Source: Blasia pusilla (Eukaryota). Taken from it: DNA of 64,000 nucleotides. Made by a program: the position numbers and the translations under genes. The notes beneath the pieces were generated by a model. That model was not told the DNA's origin, made no database searches, and was given only the letters and a program-made list of their open reading frames with translations. The DNA lies in the NCBI GenBank assembly GCA_050084515.1, contig CM114271.1:10726001-10790000 (forward strand). The letters are read 5' to 3'. This document shows positions 51,701 to 64,000 of this stretch, one piece after another (positions within the stretch are counted from its first letter, which is position 1; the number at the start of each line of letters is the position of its first letter).

Positions 51701-54700
51701 GGCGATGCCCTTGTCAATCCGATGCTTTCAAAGGGTGCTCAGATTAAAAAGAAAACTTGGGCAAATAAGTTTATTTCCCAAGATGCAGCCGTAACCATCC
51801 TTTGCTAGTCGAAGATACAGCCGCGAAGAAGAGCGCCTGACCGAGCCGGAGCGAGGGAGAAGGTATCTGCGTCGGCGTCGCGGAAATTCATCAAGCCGCA
51901 GATTCGCAACAACGAAATACACGGCGAGCAAGATGCGATACATCAAGCAATCTCAACCCCGAACTTGGTCCGAGTTCTACAAGGAGTCAAGGCGATTATC
52001 AGCGCGCCAAATGAAAAGGGATGAAGATCCGCATGGTCGGATTGGGGAGAAAGTGTCCCTGGATCGCGTGCATCGGTTTGCGTTGTCCGGAATAAGCGAG
52101 TTTAGGAGGATCCGACTGATGAAAATCAGTCTCGAGGGCACAGAGGCCCAGAAGAGGGCGGCACATCATCCTCCGAGTGTGTCCGATCCAGTGATCTCCT
52201 AGTGGCTACGCGAATGGTTGTTCTGGGATGCGTTGCGGGTTATCGGGAAGTCTGTGTTGGACGGTCTGCAAGCGGAGCTCAGAAGATTAGAGCCCATCCC
52301 GGATGAAGCAAACCTTGAAAGTTCTGGAGATTTTGAGGTTTGGCTCGACGACATCCGGGACAAGCCAACCAAAAACCCAAGATTCAAGACAATGTTCAAG
52401 GTTTGCGTCCTCCCTCAAGCAGAGCTTGACGAAGAAGAAGAGGGGAACAAACGGGATCAAGCGAAGAAGAAGCGAGATCTACAAGAGCAGACGGCCGATT
52501 CTGTTTGACTAAAAGTTGCCCAACGGATGGTCTTCAGGTACCTCGTCCAGTGTAAGAATGCAGGTACGTGGGGAAAATTACCGCCAGCCTTGAAATTGTG
52601 GGCTTCGCCGCCGGATGCAGAGACATTCTCCATGTACGACATGGAGATGGGGCAGCACATGTCCGATTGGGAGGTGGAGAATTGCCCCATTTGGCTCGAC
52701 TTCAACGACCCTGAAGACATCACCGATAAGGATTTACGAGTGCTTCATGATGCAGTGGCCTCAAGACAAGACAACATCCCCAATTTTGTGCAGCCTGAAG
52801 ACTTCTTCGGAGGAGATGCAAAAGAGCAGGCCCACGAGACAGCTGAGTTGGCTTCCAAGGTCCGGACAGCCAAAGACAAATCCACAGCGGGTCTCAAAGG
52901 CAAGGCGAGGGGAGGGAAAAATTCAGAGGCCGAGTCTTCCCAAAGAGAGGTGAAGATTCAAGGCCGAGGCGGAATCGTCCCGGCGAAAGGGAGAGAGGGT
53001 CGGACCAGGTCCTCGGCGAAAAAACCCCACCAGAGTCTGAGGTCATAGAGACCCCGACAAGCCGTCCGCAGACTCAGGAGAAGCGGAAGCAAGAGGTGCC
53101 AGGGTTGTCCCAAGGAGAATACAGTCCATCATCTTTGGGAAGACACAGACAAACAACGACTCGACAAGCGTCCTCCTTCAATTCACTCCTTTACTGGATG
53201 AGCTGAAGAGCTTCAGTTCTCAAGCGTCGACACCAGCCATCGATAAATTGACAACGTTGGGACGGAAGCTCCAACGAAACGGGCACGCTGCCTGGACGGT
53301 GAATGGAGTGGTCGAAGAGGTTGCGGTGGATCTCTTGATCGCTGATCTGCCCTCGGGGTTGCGACTTTGGGGCGAGAATCCGTCGGACGAGGTACTTGAG
53401 TGGAATGTGCCGCTCTCTTATGACCAGATTGCGCTATTGTTCTCCTTTGCGACGCCTCTCCCGAGTGACGATGGTGGGGGCTCGCTTGGTGTTGACGGAG
53501 GGAGCGAGGACGAGCTCTTCAACCTCCAGTGCGTCAAGAGGTCGCTAAAGTGGAGGACGGCGCAATCATGGATCATAAAAAACGAGTACCCACTCCGATC
53601 CGCGACGAGTTAGATTCGGGTAAGGCTCAATTCCTGTACTATAATCTCAATTATATTTTAATGATGTGTATAATGAGTGTTCATCTCCGTTGAGTGAGTA
53701 TAATGAGTGTCAATCTCCATTTTTTTTTGTCCGTGAGCAACCCATCGGAAGGCGACGGGTTGCTGGCTTAGAGCAGCCCATGCTCGGCTGAGAGCAACCC
53801 GTCGGTTTCCGACGGGTTGCATCTTTCCCACATACACAAGGAAAACCGTGGTGTACCTGCAACCCGACGGGTTGCAGTTGCTTTTGGTTTTTCCCTGTGT
53901 TTTCGGAAAGCTGCAACCCGTCTGATAGTGACGGGTTGCTCTCAGGCGAGCATGGGCTGCTCTAGGCCAGCAACCCGTTGCCTTCCAACGGGTTGCTCAC
54001 GGACAAAATCAATAGAGCCCGACGTGTTGGTGCGGGACAAAACAACCCGTTGGACTTCGACAGGTTGATCCAAAGTTGAAAATGTTCTCAAGCCGACTTC
54101 TTTAGTTGCTGACATTGTTTCCAACGTGCTTATTTACATATGGACCACTCCTACGTGTACTGCTTCGTTCAGCCCGAGCACAATTTCCAGGTGTTCAAGA
54201 TCCAGGATCCTGTGGATCCATGCTCAGATGGGTACAGCTTAGATAGTTTGTACAATTCCCCCTCGGGAATTTACATGCAAGACAGTACCCTGCTTCTGGG
54301 AGGAAGGGAAAAGTTGCCTGCCCTGATGCAAACGCTCATCGAGCTCTGCTCAAGGCCGGGTGACTTGGTGTTCGACTTAGTGGGACTTTCAGGGGCAAGT
54401 ATCAAAGGCGCCTGGCTGAGTGGCAGGAACTGTTTGACCTTTGCCTCGAGGGAAGGGAACTGCCTCGGAAGGGAAGGCATTTCTCGCCTCAAGGGAAGGT
54501 AGAACTGTTCGCCTCAAGGAAGGCAGAATCGCTTGACCTTTGCAAGGAGGCAAAGGCAGAATACGAAAGGCTCGTTGGGGTATACAACTCTCCACCGAAG
54601 CCAAGAGCTCCGGTTCCAGACCCACCCTTGGTAGTGACTCCATCGTCACTTCCAACGATTCCAAAAATCGGGAGGGCAAGGCCGAAAGTAATTCTGCAAG

Positions 54701-56532
54701 AGCTCTCGGACGATGACGAGTGAGTTCAAAGAACTCAACGACCCAGCTTGACTGCAGCGTTTGGAGTAGGGAGTTTTTTGATGATGAGGCAAAAGATTTC
54801 ATAGAATAGATCAAATGTACAATTCCGAGCTTTTTTCAGATGATATAAAGCAGAAGATTTTTTCGAACGATGGTGGTGCTTGTAAAAGTTTGTTGAACAT
54901 TTTTTGTCTTTTCGAATGTGATCGTCTTTGTACTCCGCGGACTTCTATTTTGCAACCCGTCGGATTTCTCCTGCTTGCAACTTTTCACTTTTTGACCACT
55001 GCAACCCTTCGGATTTCTCCTGCTTGCAACTTTTCACTTTTTGACCACTGCACTTTTTTACCACTTCCAGAAACTGGCCGGATTCGACAGTTGCCTCGAT
55101 CGGACTCTTTTCCTGTTTGTCCAACTTAAGAGCCGGTCGGCGGGCTTTTTCCTTGGCACTTTCCCTCAACTCGTAAAGGCGGCGAGGCTTCTTTTCTTCT
55201 CTCGGGACGTGTTGGATTCCTACTACCTGTGCGATTGCCATAATGGTATTAACGGGGACGGAGCACATATTGATACTGGATGGGTGTCACATTGCAAAGC
55301 GTACAAGGTATACTGCCGAGGAAGGCGGTGGGACTCAAATCAGGTTACATGGGACCGTTATGGTGTACCTAGGGGGGGGCCAAGGCTCTCGAATTCACCA
55401 ACATTTTCGATCCCCGTCTACAATCGGCCAGAGGAGCCACTTGTATCCGAGGACATTCCTTTGGTACTCTCACTGAGGAGAGTTAGATGACGAGGCTGAA
55501 GAAATCATAGACTAGGTCAAATGTACATTTCCGAGGTTCCTTCGGAGGTAATAAAGGACGAGAGTTTTTCAACCCATAATGGTGTTTGTAAAAGTTTGCT
55601 GGAATATTTTTTTGGACTTGTGGATTGTGTTCTTTTAGCTACTGAGAATTACAATTCTGCAACCCGTATGATTCCGACGGGTTGCAACTTTTTGCATTTT
55701 GCCCACTACAACTTTTTAACCATTTCCAGGCAAGCTGTCGATTCCGACAGGTTGACTGCTTGAGTGATCGGACTCTTTCCCTGTGAGACCAACTTCTAAT
55801 GCATTGTGGCGGGCTTCTTAACTTTTGGCTCGTTCCCCTACATTTGTCAAACCAGTTGTAGGCTTCTTTTCTTGTCTAAGATGTGCAGGATTCCTACTAC
55901 TTGTCGGATTGCCATTTCGGATTCCCAACCTGTTAGATCGTCGTGGGTGCGTGGTGGAAGAAAATCACTTCTAAAAATCTTTCCTTTCTTATGGTGAGCT
56001 TTCTTACGGGTTGGGAGGGGTGCAGCTTCTCAGTTTCTCAGCCTTAGGATCTGATGTGTTCACATTTCACAAAGTTGGTCTTGAGCAGACACCATTCATA
56101 ACCAACAGAAAGTTGGTTATGGGGCAATTTAGGGGAGGCCATGATGCAGGCAACAATCCCTGCAAAAAGAGAGGTTGGCATCCGGGTGGTCCTGCAACAA
56201 AAATACCAAGGGCACTGCTTTTTGTTGACCGAGACAGGGAATGTTAAGAAACTTAGGCTCACATGGAGAGTGATGGAAAAATGTTTGTAGTGGTTTTATG
56301 ATGTCTCCTTTTTTCTTGCCCCCAGGAAAGAGGAGGTTTTTAGGGCCAAATGTGGACCACTAAATACTCTCTTCTAAAGATTTCCTGAATTTGAAAGCAA
56401 ACAAAATTTTCAAATATGTCAAAAAGTTTTGAAGAGAGGAGGCGGATTTGGCCCTTTTTTTTTAAGAGACACTCTCCTCTCTTCCTCTCTTCCTCTCCTC
56501 TCTTACTCTCTCCTGCCAGAATACCAGCCCCC
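48729..56532 (+). mobile_element. Palindrome-rich MULE-like transposon, copy B (transposase side missing)
   Basis: Inverted near-identical copy of 10632-16800, plus a ~1.3-kb segment absent from A. Ends CCAGAATACCAGCCCCC at 56532. Left break falls inside a palindrome. Confidence 0.88.
49707..54723 (+). pseudogene. Full-length-looking spliced ParB/Srx-like + beta-class amino-methyltransferase-like gene (frameshifted)
   Basis: WDGNHR at 50745-50762. DLPS at 53344-53355. REKLPALMQTLIELCSRPGDLVFDLVGLSGASIKGAWLSGRN at 54305-54430. Introns at ~50334-50423, ~50896-51601 and from ~53620. Stop at 54721-54723. Confidence 0.75.
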
Positions 56533-56680
56533 GGATCCAAGTGCCAACTAGGGGGGTAGTTGTGTGATCTCCATGTATATGTATGAGTTAATTTCTATAC
56601 ATGTGTGGGAAAGATCGGTGTTGTGTGGTGTGGATGTGATCAGCGATGTATGTTGTGTAGCGATGTGTATACGCACGAAA
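56533..56680 (+). mobile_element. 3' tip of a family-1 gypsy-type element: PPT + single B repeat
   Basis: Reverse-complement match to 9632-9795. Ends ACGCACGAAA with no A segment following. Confidence 0.8.
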
Positions 56681-57365
56681 CTATCTCTAAACAAAATGCA
56701 ATTGCTTCACCATCATAAAATGTTTGTCTCTGTGCAAGAGACTCTGCACTGATGAATCCAACTGGCAAACCCCTTTTCCTAAAATTATTTTCCTTCTCTT
56801 TATCATATATATATGCTTTTTCGTGAAATTGGTAAAGCAATTTCAAATAAGTTTGGGATTTTGACACGCTTTGGGTTTACCATATCTTGTCCTACACTCT
56901 AGAAACGTGTCTGATCGACACTCCACATCTGGTTATTCATTTACTCTAGGAAGCACAACTATAAGTTGGGCTTCAAAGAAGCAACCTACAATTGCTTTAT
57001 CTTCAACAGAGGTTGAATACAAAGGAGCAACATGTGAGGCGATGTGGCTTCATGGATTACTTGTTGAGATTGGTGTTAGTAACTTAGGACCTAGTGTAAT
57101 ATATGCAGACAATATTAGTAGCATCAAGGTTGCTAATAACCTTATGTTTCATGCTCGTACAAAGCATGTTGAGGTACACGATCATTTTATCAGAGAGAAA
57201 GTGCTTGCAAAAGAAATTATTCTTCAGTATATAGGTATAGATCAGCAAATTGCTGACATCTTTACAAAGGCATTGTCTAGAGATAAGTTTGAAATGTTTA
57301 GAAATGATTTAGGCGTTAGAGATATCGATATGAGTTTGAGGGGGAGTATTGAAGATTGAGCTATA

Positions 57366-60300
57366 TGTCGTGTGAATCCACATCGTCATACAACATACAT
57401 CGCTGACATACCATACTCACATACGTACATAACATAGACGAGAGTATCCACAAACGCAAGTGTACCACAATTGAAATCCGTGAAAGACCTACTGTCATAA
57501 AACACGTTTACAATCACATACAATCGAGCCAAACCCACTCCACGATGGGAGAATCCAGGTCGAAGCTTGCGGAAAACACCATAGCCAAGAGCTCTACTCA
57601 CTACCAAGGCTAACTCCCAACGCAACAGGCTCAACTCAAAGAACTGACTGTTCTTTGAGTGCTTATATCCTCCAACCTAAGAGCGGGCCCTACTGGGAAA
57701 CTCACCCCCAACTGAGTAACCTCCAACCCTATGTATGGAACCGCATCTCTACCAAGCCACTACGGTCCTACATAAGGAATGACCTCTACTAGCACACTAT
57801 ACTCTACGACATAATCCGTATGGTCATGACAGCTGTCGTGCGAATCCACATCGTCATACAACATACATCGCTGACATACCATACTCACATACGTACATAA
57901 CATAGACGAGAGTATCCACAAACGCAAGTGTACCACAACTCGCCCCCCTAACTGGTGGTTAGGTCCCTCTAACTCCCAGGTAGCCCTATACATCTACTAC
58001 ATGCTATACACCTTCTTGGGTGCCCGAATCAGAAGGCCGGGTGCTAGGTTGCCCCATCGTTAGTCGCACATGTGTAATCCATATCATGCAAAGATCAAGT
58101 CATCTACCTCTCCTAAGTACATCGAGGACAAACCCACCTTCCAAAGAGGGAACAACATCCAAACGTGAGTCAAACACATCATGTGCCAACCCCTAGAACA
58201 CCGATCACACACAACATACGGGCCTGCGTTACAAGAGACCACACAACATGCACCTCAAGCTAGCACGTATCATGGCTAAGCTTGGGTCAAGACCATCCAC
58301 ATTTGGAAGATGACATGGCGCACAATTATGCACATGGTCCTTCCAAACAACTCCATCACGACCCTCCAACATGAGAACTCCGAAGCTAACACTCGCGCGA
58401 CGTAAAATAGTGCGGCCTGCCGTCACATCCAACGTTGTCGGGGAAATCTGCTGCAAATACACATAGTCCCCCACATGGAACCTACGAATCGATGGTCGAT
58501 AACCTCCACCTCGAATGGTTGCATACCGCAACGTATCCCTGTGTTGAGCAATGGCAAGATTCTCAAAGGCTGTTGGCATAACTCTCCGAAAGAGCTCCGC
58601 CCATTGAGAACACACCCTCATCCACATCTCTGGGTCATCAAGGTTCACCACCTCACTAGACTCCCGGCGAATTGCTGCTGGCAAGTTTGGATCTCGGCCG
58701 TATAACAGAAAATAAGGTGAGAAGGAAGCCAAGGATGCTTGGCGATCGAACCTATACCCCATGGCTAACCATGGCAACCGAATATCCTGGTCTCCAAGAT
58801 GCCCTTCAGAGGCCATACTTGTGCAATGCCCTTTTCACCGCCTCGAACCACACGCTCAGCCAAACCATCCGCCTCTGGATGATCTCGAGACGTGGTCCGA
58901 TGATCAATCAACGCCTTGTCACACAAGACCAAACTCACCCAAACTCAGACTCGGTCGGTCAAGACTTCACGGTGGTGCACCAAAATGACTAAGCACTCTA
59001 TCCAGAAATGCATACGCGTTCCTCACTCGCTTTGTCCGTAATGCCACCAACTCAATCCACTTGGAGAAGTGCTCCACCATCACCAACACATACCGATGAT
59101 GTCGTACAGTCAACGGTGACGGTCCCGCAAAGTCCACACTCCAACGGTAACCCAACCCCATAATAGGCAAGGGGTGTAATTGTGGTGTATGGGCATTAAA
59201 TGATGCCCTCACCCGGTCACAAACCATACAACGTGACACCAATCGCTGCACTGAGTATGCATGCCACGCCACCAATACTGGCCAAGGAGTAAGCTATACA
59301 TACGCTTTACCCCAAAATGTCCCAACTCTTCATGGGAATGTCGCACAATGCGCTCTCTCTGAGCCAAATGTGGCACTACTCGTACTCTACCATCCTCCCA
59401 CACGCGGAGAATATGTGTTCCCTCCAATCGATACCTCTTAGCACGTTGAAGAACACGGTCTCGCTCCTTGGCACTCACTATGCCCGGCACCCCCTGGTCC
59501 GTAGGAACTCCAACACCAACGCATCATCATGAATATCACGCTGATCCGCACCACCATCTCCAACCTTAGGATCTCAAGGTGGCCATCTACCCCTCGACTA
59601 GAGTAAGATATCATGTGGTCCTCCATACTAGAGTCCACCCCTAACCAACATAAAAAGGCGGATGCATGCCAACCTGGCACCATCTCCTCATCAACCTCGC
59701 CATGCCATCTAGCCCCTGTTGTATCCTCTTGGCTAGTACATGGGTTCCTACTCAACCCATCAGCATCAAGGTTGGCAACTCCAGGTCTATGTACCACCTG
59801 GAAGTCATACTCCTGCTCATCATCATGTTGTGTCAACACCGCTCCAAGTCCCAACCTACTCCAATCAGTGTGTAACTGAAATAGGCGCCCTCTGATAGGT
59901 CTCCTCAAGATAGGCGCCGCCACCAACTCGGGCCTTAAGCTCCACAAAAGCTCTCTCTGATCATCTCCCGGTGCCACTCTTGATCTGATTTCAGCAATTG
60001 GTTCAAAGGCTTTGCCATAGCACTAAATCCCTTCACATACCTCCGATAGTAGTTCGCCAATCCCATGAATGCCCGAACTCTACTCACATCTACCGGACGC
60101 GGAATAAGTGCAATAGCCTCCACCTTTGCTTGCTAAACTCCCAAACCACCTGGATAGATCACATGACCCAAGTACTCAACATCCTCATGAAAGAACTTAC
60201 ACTTTCCTAGATGCAAACGTAGACCATGAGCTTTCAACCGCTCAAACACCATCTGCAAATGTATGTGATGCTCCTCCACCGTGTTACTGAACACCAAGAT

Positions 60301-63300
60301 ATCATCAATGTAACACCGAACAAAATCCAACCCTGCTAGGATCCTGTCCATCACTCTTTGAAACTCGGCAGGTGCATTCTTCAACCCAAAGGGTAAGAAT
60401 TTCCAATGGTACAAACAATCCTTGCCATGAGAGTTGACACCCCAAAATACTGTCTTGGCCTTGTCACTCTCCCGAATCGGCAATTGATGGTATCTCGCTC
60501 AAGATCCAAAGTACTGAAAATCTTTGCCTGTCCCACCACATCAAAGATCTCTCAGTGTAGGCATGGCATACCTATCGGCCTTGGTTTGCCGATTGATAGG
60601 ACGGTAATCTCCACACATCCGCCTATCCGTAGTTGCCATGCATATCCTTTTAGCGAGCATGACAGTTGGTCGATGCATACTCTCCATGCGACAACTCCAC
60701 TAATCCAGCCTCCAAAAGGTCCAACGCCCTACTCAATCAAGTCCTCTCCATATCACTATATCGGTAGGGACGACGGAAGATTGGCGATCACTAGCCAAAT
60801 CAATCCGTATACCGGTCCAACCAGAGAACCCAACTCCTTCATGCTAAAGGCAAAACAACTCCTATAAGCACGAGGAACCGTGTCAGCGCCGTTTCTCACC
60901 TCCCGTAAGCTTGGGCCCAAGTAATGGCTCCCAAGTCTCCTCCACCTTTGGCACACTAGAGGGAGAGGCGATGCCATTGGTGCTAGGCAACCCCTCACAA
61001 GATGGTACACCCTTAGCTACACCATCATCTCAAGAAATAACTCCTCCACCAAAGATGAGCAACCAACTCCACATGCCCACCATTACATCCCATTTACTCC
61101 AAGGATGCAAAATACTACTCTCCTCGCTTCACCGATGCCTCTACCGCCCCGGTAGCCATCGAGCTCATTACAAGGGGTGGAAGACCCACGACATAGTCCA
61201 AGTCGACGCTCGCCATACCAAGACTCAAAATCCAAGTCAAACAATTCAGGTCCATGGCCTGACCCAACACATGACGTCGTGAAGCCTCGAAATAGAAGCA
61301 ACCATTTGTCACACCAATAGCAAATCCCATCGCACGCTATCTCTCATCAGCGTTAGGCTCCACCAATCGCCGCACATGAGAATCCCATACAAGCCCCGGA
61401 CCACCTCAGAGGCATGTGACGAGGAAAACTCACAAATGTGGGTAGTGCCATCCTAGGTGGCCCACACGGTTCACCACGCCATGGGTGACCGATCAATAAC
61501 CCTCACCACTTGAGAAAGTCGCCAAGATATCAAGATACTATCCACCGTAAGGCGAGGATCCCATTTGCCAGACCGCATTATATGCTCGACGAGAACCTCC
61601 CTAGGCAACAAGTTTGTCCACCACAAGCGTGGGCGATGTGCACGCGAGCCAACTCTCAGGCCAGATCCAACAACACCGCTGGTCCAATCCAAGACCGCAC
61701 CTCATGAACACTCGCCATCATCCGGTCCGAGTGTCACCCAACAATGGAACATTCTCGAATGTAAGCTAGAGCACGTGCTCGATGGACTGAAGATGTCGTA
61801 ACACCCGTAACATCTCCCAAAACAATCGAGACCTAGGGTCATGTAATCCCTCACCACGACCAAAGACGTGTATGACCCGACATGGCCATCCAAAGAATCA
61901 CCAAATCCACAAGAGCAATTCTCTCAAGGTCCTGCGCCCCAACAATGCAATGTGTGATGGTAAAGCACGCTGGTACCCACGAATAGCCGATGGCGGCAAC
62001 AACTCAGGATACCTCCGCATCAATCGACCAATATGTCGGGATGAGACTCTCGGGCCGTCTCATCTCGCTCCACATACACGTATCTCTCCGCACAAATACC
62101 GCCCGCAACATCTGTGCCAAACCAAAGTGCTAATCCCACCAAAGAGATCTAACACACAAATGCCCTCCGGCGGATATCGCCATACAATGGGTGTAGTATC
62201 CAAAGGAGATAACCTAATGGGCAGAAGTAGGAGTCCGCCGTGGGGCCTCCTCTTCCTCGTGAGGTATAATGACCTCACACCAAGCCTCTGCACTAGGCGA
62301 TCAGCCTCTTGCCGTAGTGCACCGCTTTGAACTCCAAAGTGGCACATCCAACGATGAGGATGCCATTGCTGCAAAAATAGGGACCTGCTCTACCTCCTCA
62401 TGCGCAAGAGAATCCATAGCAGAAACATTACCCTCCAAAAAGTCTCTGGCCAAGTGACTACTCCACTAAAACCAGCCACAGATGCTAACATCTTGTTGGG
62501 GAAGACCCTCCTGGTCGAGCCCCGTAAATAAATCTCACAGAACTTGGCTCATACGTCCATCCCGGATCGCCAACCAGGTAAGTAGAAGACGCTGTCTCAC
62601 CCAATAATCCATCTGAAAACCCATCGGGTACAATCGCTCCTCCAACTAGTACATCATACGACTCGGTGATGTGACTACCGCAGATACTCCCAACCGGGAG
62701 TTATCGCATGATCCGGTCTCAACTATACAGAAAACTTTTCCCGTGTCATGAATTGAGACTTATCATTGGCTCCTCCAAGTGATGTTTGAACTGGAATGGG
62801 CAAGGCTCAAGCTCGACCTCCGAATACCCAAACCAATACATGCCGCTTTCCCAACATCAAAGGTTGGGCACCGTGGTCTAACAAGACTCTATCGGTCTAT
62901 ACACTGTCTGTCAGAGGACTCACCAATCGGAAGATCCCACCGGTTGTCCAACATACATACACCAGGTGTAAGCCTCTCACGATCAATGGCTGGCCGGGCC
63001 GGTAATGCATCCATCTTCGCCGCCGCTCGCCAAGTAGCACCGGGTACTCAATGCTACTCTCGACATAGAGGGTCGCTCCACCGCAACACCCTCATCCACC
63101 TCAACACGTAGCAAGAATACACCCCACGTTCACACAACGTGGTCGCTAATCAAATACAGGAGCTAAGTCAACTCCTAAAGCCATCGCCTCCGTGGCCGAA
63201 AACAATAGGGATCCTAACACCGGTTGCCATCCCACATCGCATTGATGCCGCATCCGTGTCTACTACACGCGATGTAGATGCCTCGCCCCCCACTGCCGGC

Positions 63301-64000
63301 TCAATAGGCTGCGAGGAACCATGGATGGAGTCCTAAGCACCTCAGACAACAAGAATGACTGGGAAGCCTAGCTCGCCTCCCCCTCACCCCTCTATGGGTC
63401 CAACTCCACAGAGCACCACGTGGCTCGACGCCGAGTGGCTCCTCTCAGAATCGCGGTGATGCCTCAACCTCGGTCGCACTCGCCATATAAGAGAGATCAT
63501 CCCTCCATAAGAGGTGGAAGCCCCGCTCCCGAACTCCGATCTATCTTTGGATACCGACCATAGTAGCCAACTCGCTCCAACTACTCAATCTTGGCGACCA
63601 TAGTCGACTCTGTCAGTAGTGGTAGGGGTAGCCACCGTAGGCTCTCCAACCACCGGTCCACCTCTACCACCCCTACCACCTCTACCACCTCGGCCTCTGA
63701 GCTACTCCACCACGGCCACGGCCCGATCTCAACTCGGGATGGAGATCAAAGCAACGCTCTCGAGGATGACCTAGTCTCCCGCAATGATCACACCGAGTTG
63801 GGGCCGACGAGGCCCATCCTCCAAAGTCCGTCTCCCATCCTCTTGGGGACAAAACTTCCTAACATGATCACCTCCACATGTCCAACATGATCGCCCCTTG
63901 CTGCGGGGCAGCAAATGAAGGCAATGGTCTCTGCACAAATGTCCCTCTAGGACTTGACTGAGGTCGCGTGTACCCCCCACGACTCCCACTACTACTACCA
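57366..64000 (-). mobile_element. Gypsy-type element 2b (gag end, PR, DNMT, RT, RH, IN, PHD, B-A-B end); 5' end beyond window
   Basis: B at 57366-57470 and 57834-57938, A at 57471-57831, CAGCTG at 57830-57835. IN motifs HEELGHFG..CMVC and WSVDFAGP. RH LHTDWS. RT YIDDI. DNMT VLDLFGGIST and AHRPRLWWTN. Heavily frameshifted. Confidence 0.92.

Larger units (their letters stand above)
45590..57365 (+). mobile_element. Degenerate Ty1/copia element 2 (gag-PR-IN-RT-RH), interrupted at 48729-56900
   Basis: LQGLPKDY, WYIDSGASNHMT, WHKRIG, KAIGCKWVYKIK, HMDVKNAFL, LKQAPRAW, YVDHLL. RH resumes at ~56901 (STSGY, WASKKQ, HARTKH). PPT GAGGGGGAG at ~57338, then the start of the 3' LTR. Confidence 0.92.

Noticed and set aside
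56681-56902. Helitron 3' end (CTAG)
   Set aside because: No clear hairpin and not followed by T; origin of this ~220 bp is unresolved.
57366-64000. DIRS/Ngaro tyrosine-recombinase element
   Set aside because: Despite the split repeats, it has gypsy-order RT-RH-IN with HHCC/DDE motifs, and relatives here show an aspartic protease motif and a TSD. No YR motifs were seen.

Overview
Eukaryotic, almost certainly plant, heterochromatin-like DNA made entirely of nested, decayed transposable elements. I see no intact host gene, RNA gene or CRISPR. A non-seed plant source is my inference only. Two elements stand out. (1) A Mutator(MULE)-like DNA transposon occurs in four pieces (1-3131; 3132-7889 + 38040-38205; 10632-~20530; 48729-56532). 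It carries a spliced GCM/WRKY-like + DDE transposase gene head-to-head with a spliced gene containing a ParB/Srx-like WDGNHR motif and a beta-class amino-DNA-methyltransferase-like domain. Its introns and intergenic DNA are filled with a 27-31 bp palindrome, GCAACCCGTCGGANTCCGACGGGTTGC. (2) Ty3/gypsy-type retroelements encode a C5-cytosine DNA methyltransferase between protease and RT, and a PHD finger after the DDE integrase. Their ends are split direct repeats (A...B-A-B) joined by a CAGCTG end-to-start junction rather than normal LTRs, and one copy has a 4-bp TSD. Also present: two Ty1/copia remnants, a CACTA (En/Spm) element, a CACTA end fragment and a long (CT)n tract. All calls come from motif reading and by-eye alignment; no searches were run and some boundaries are approximate.
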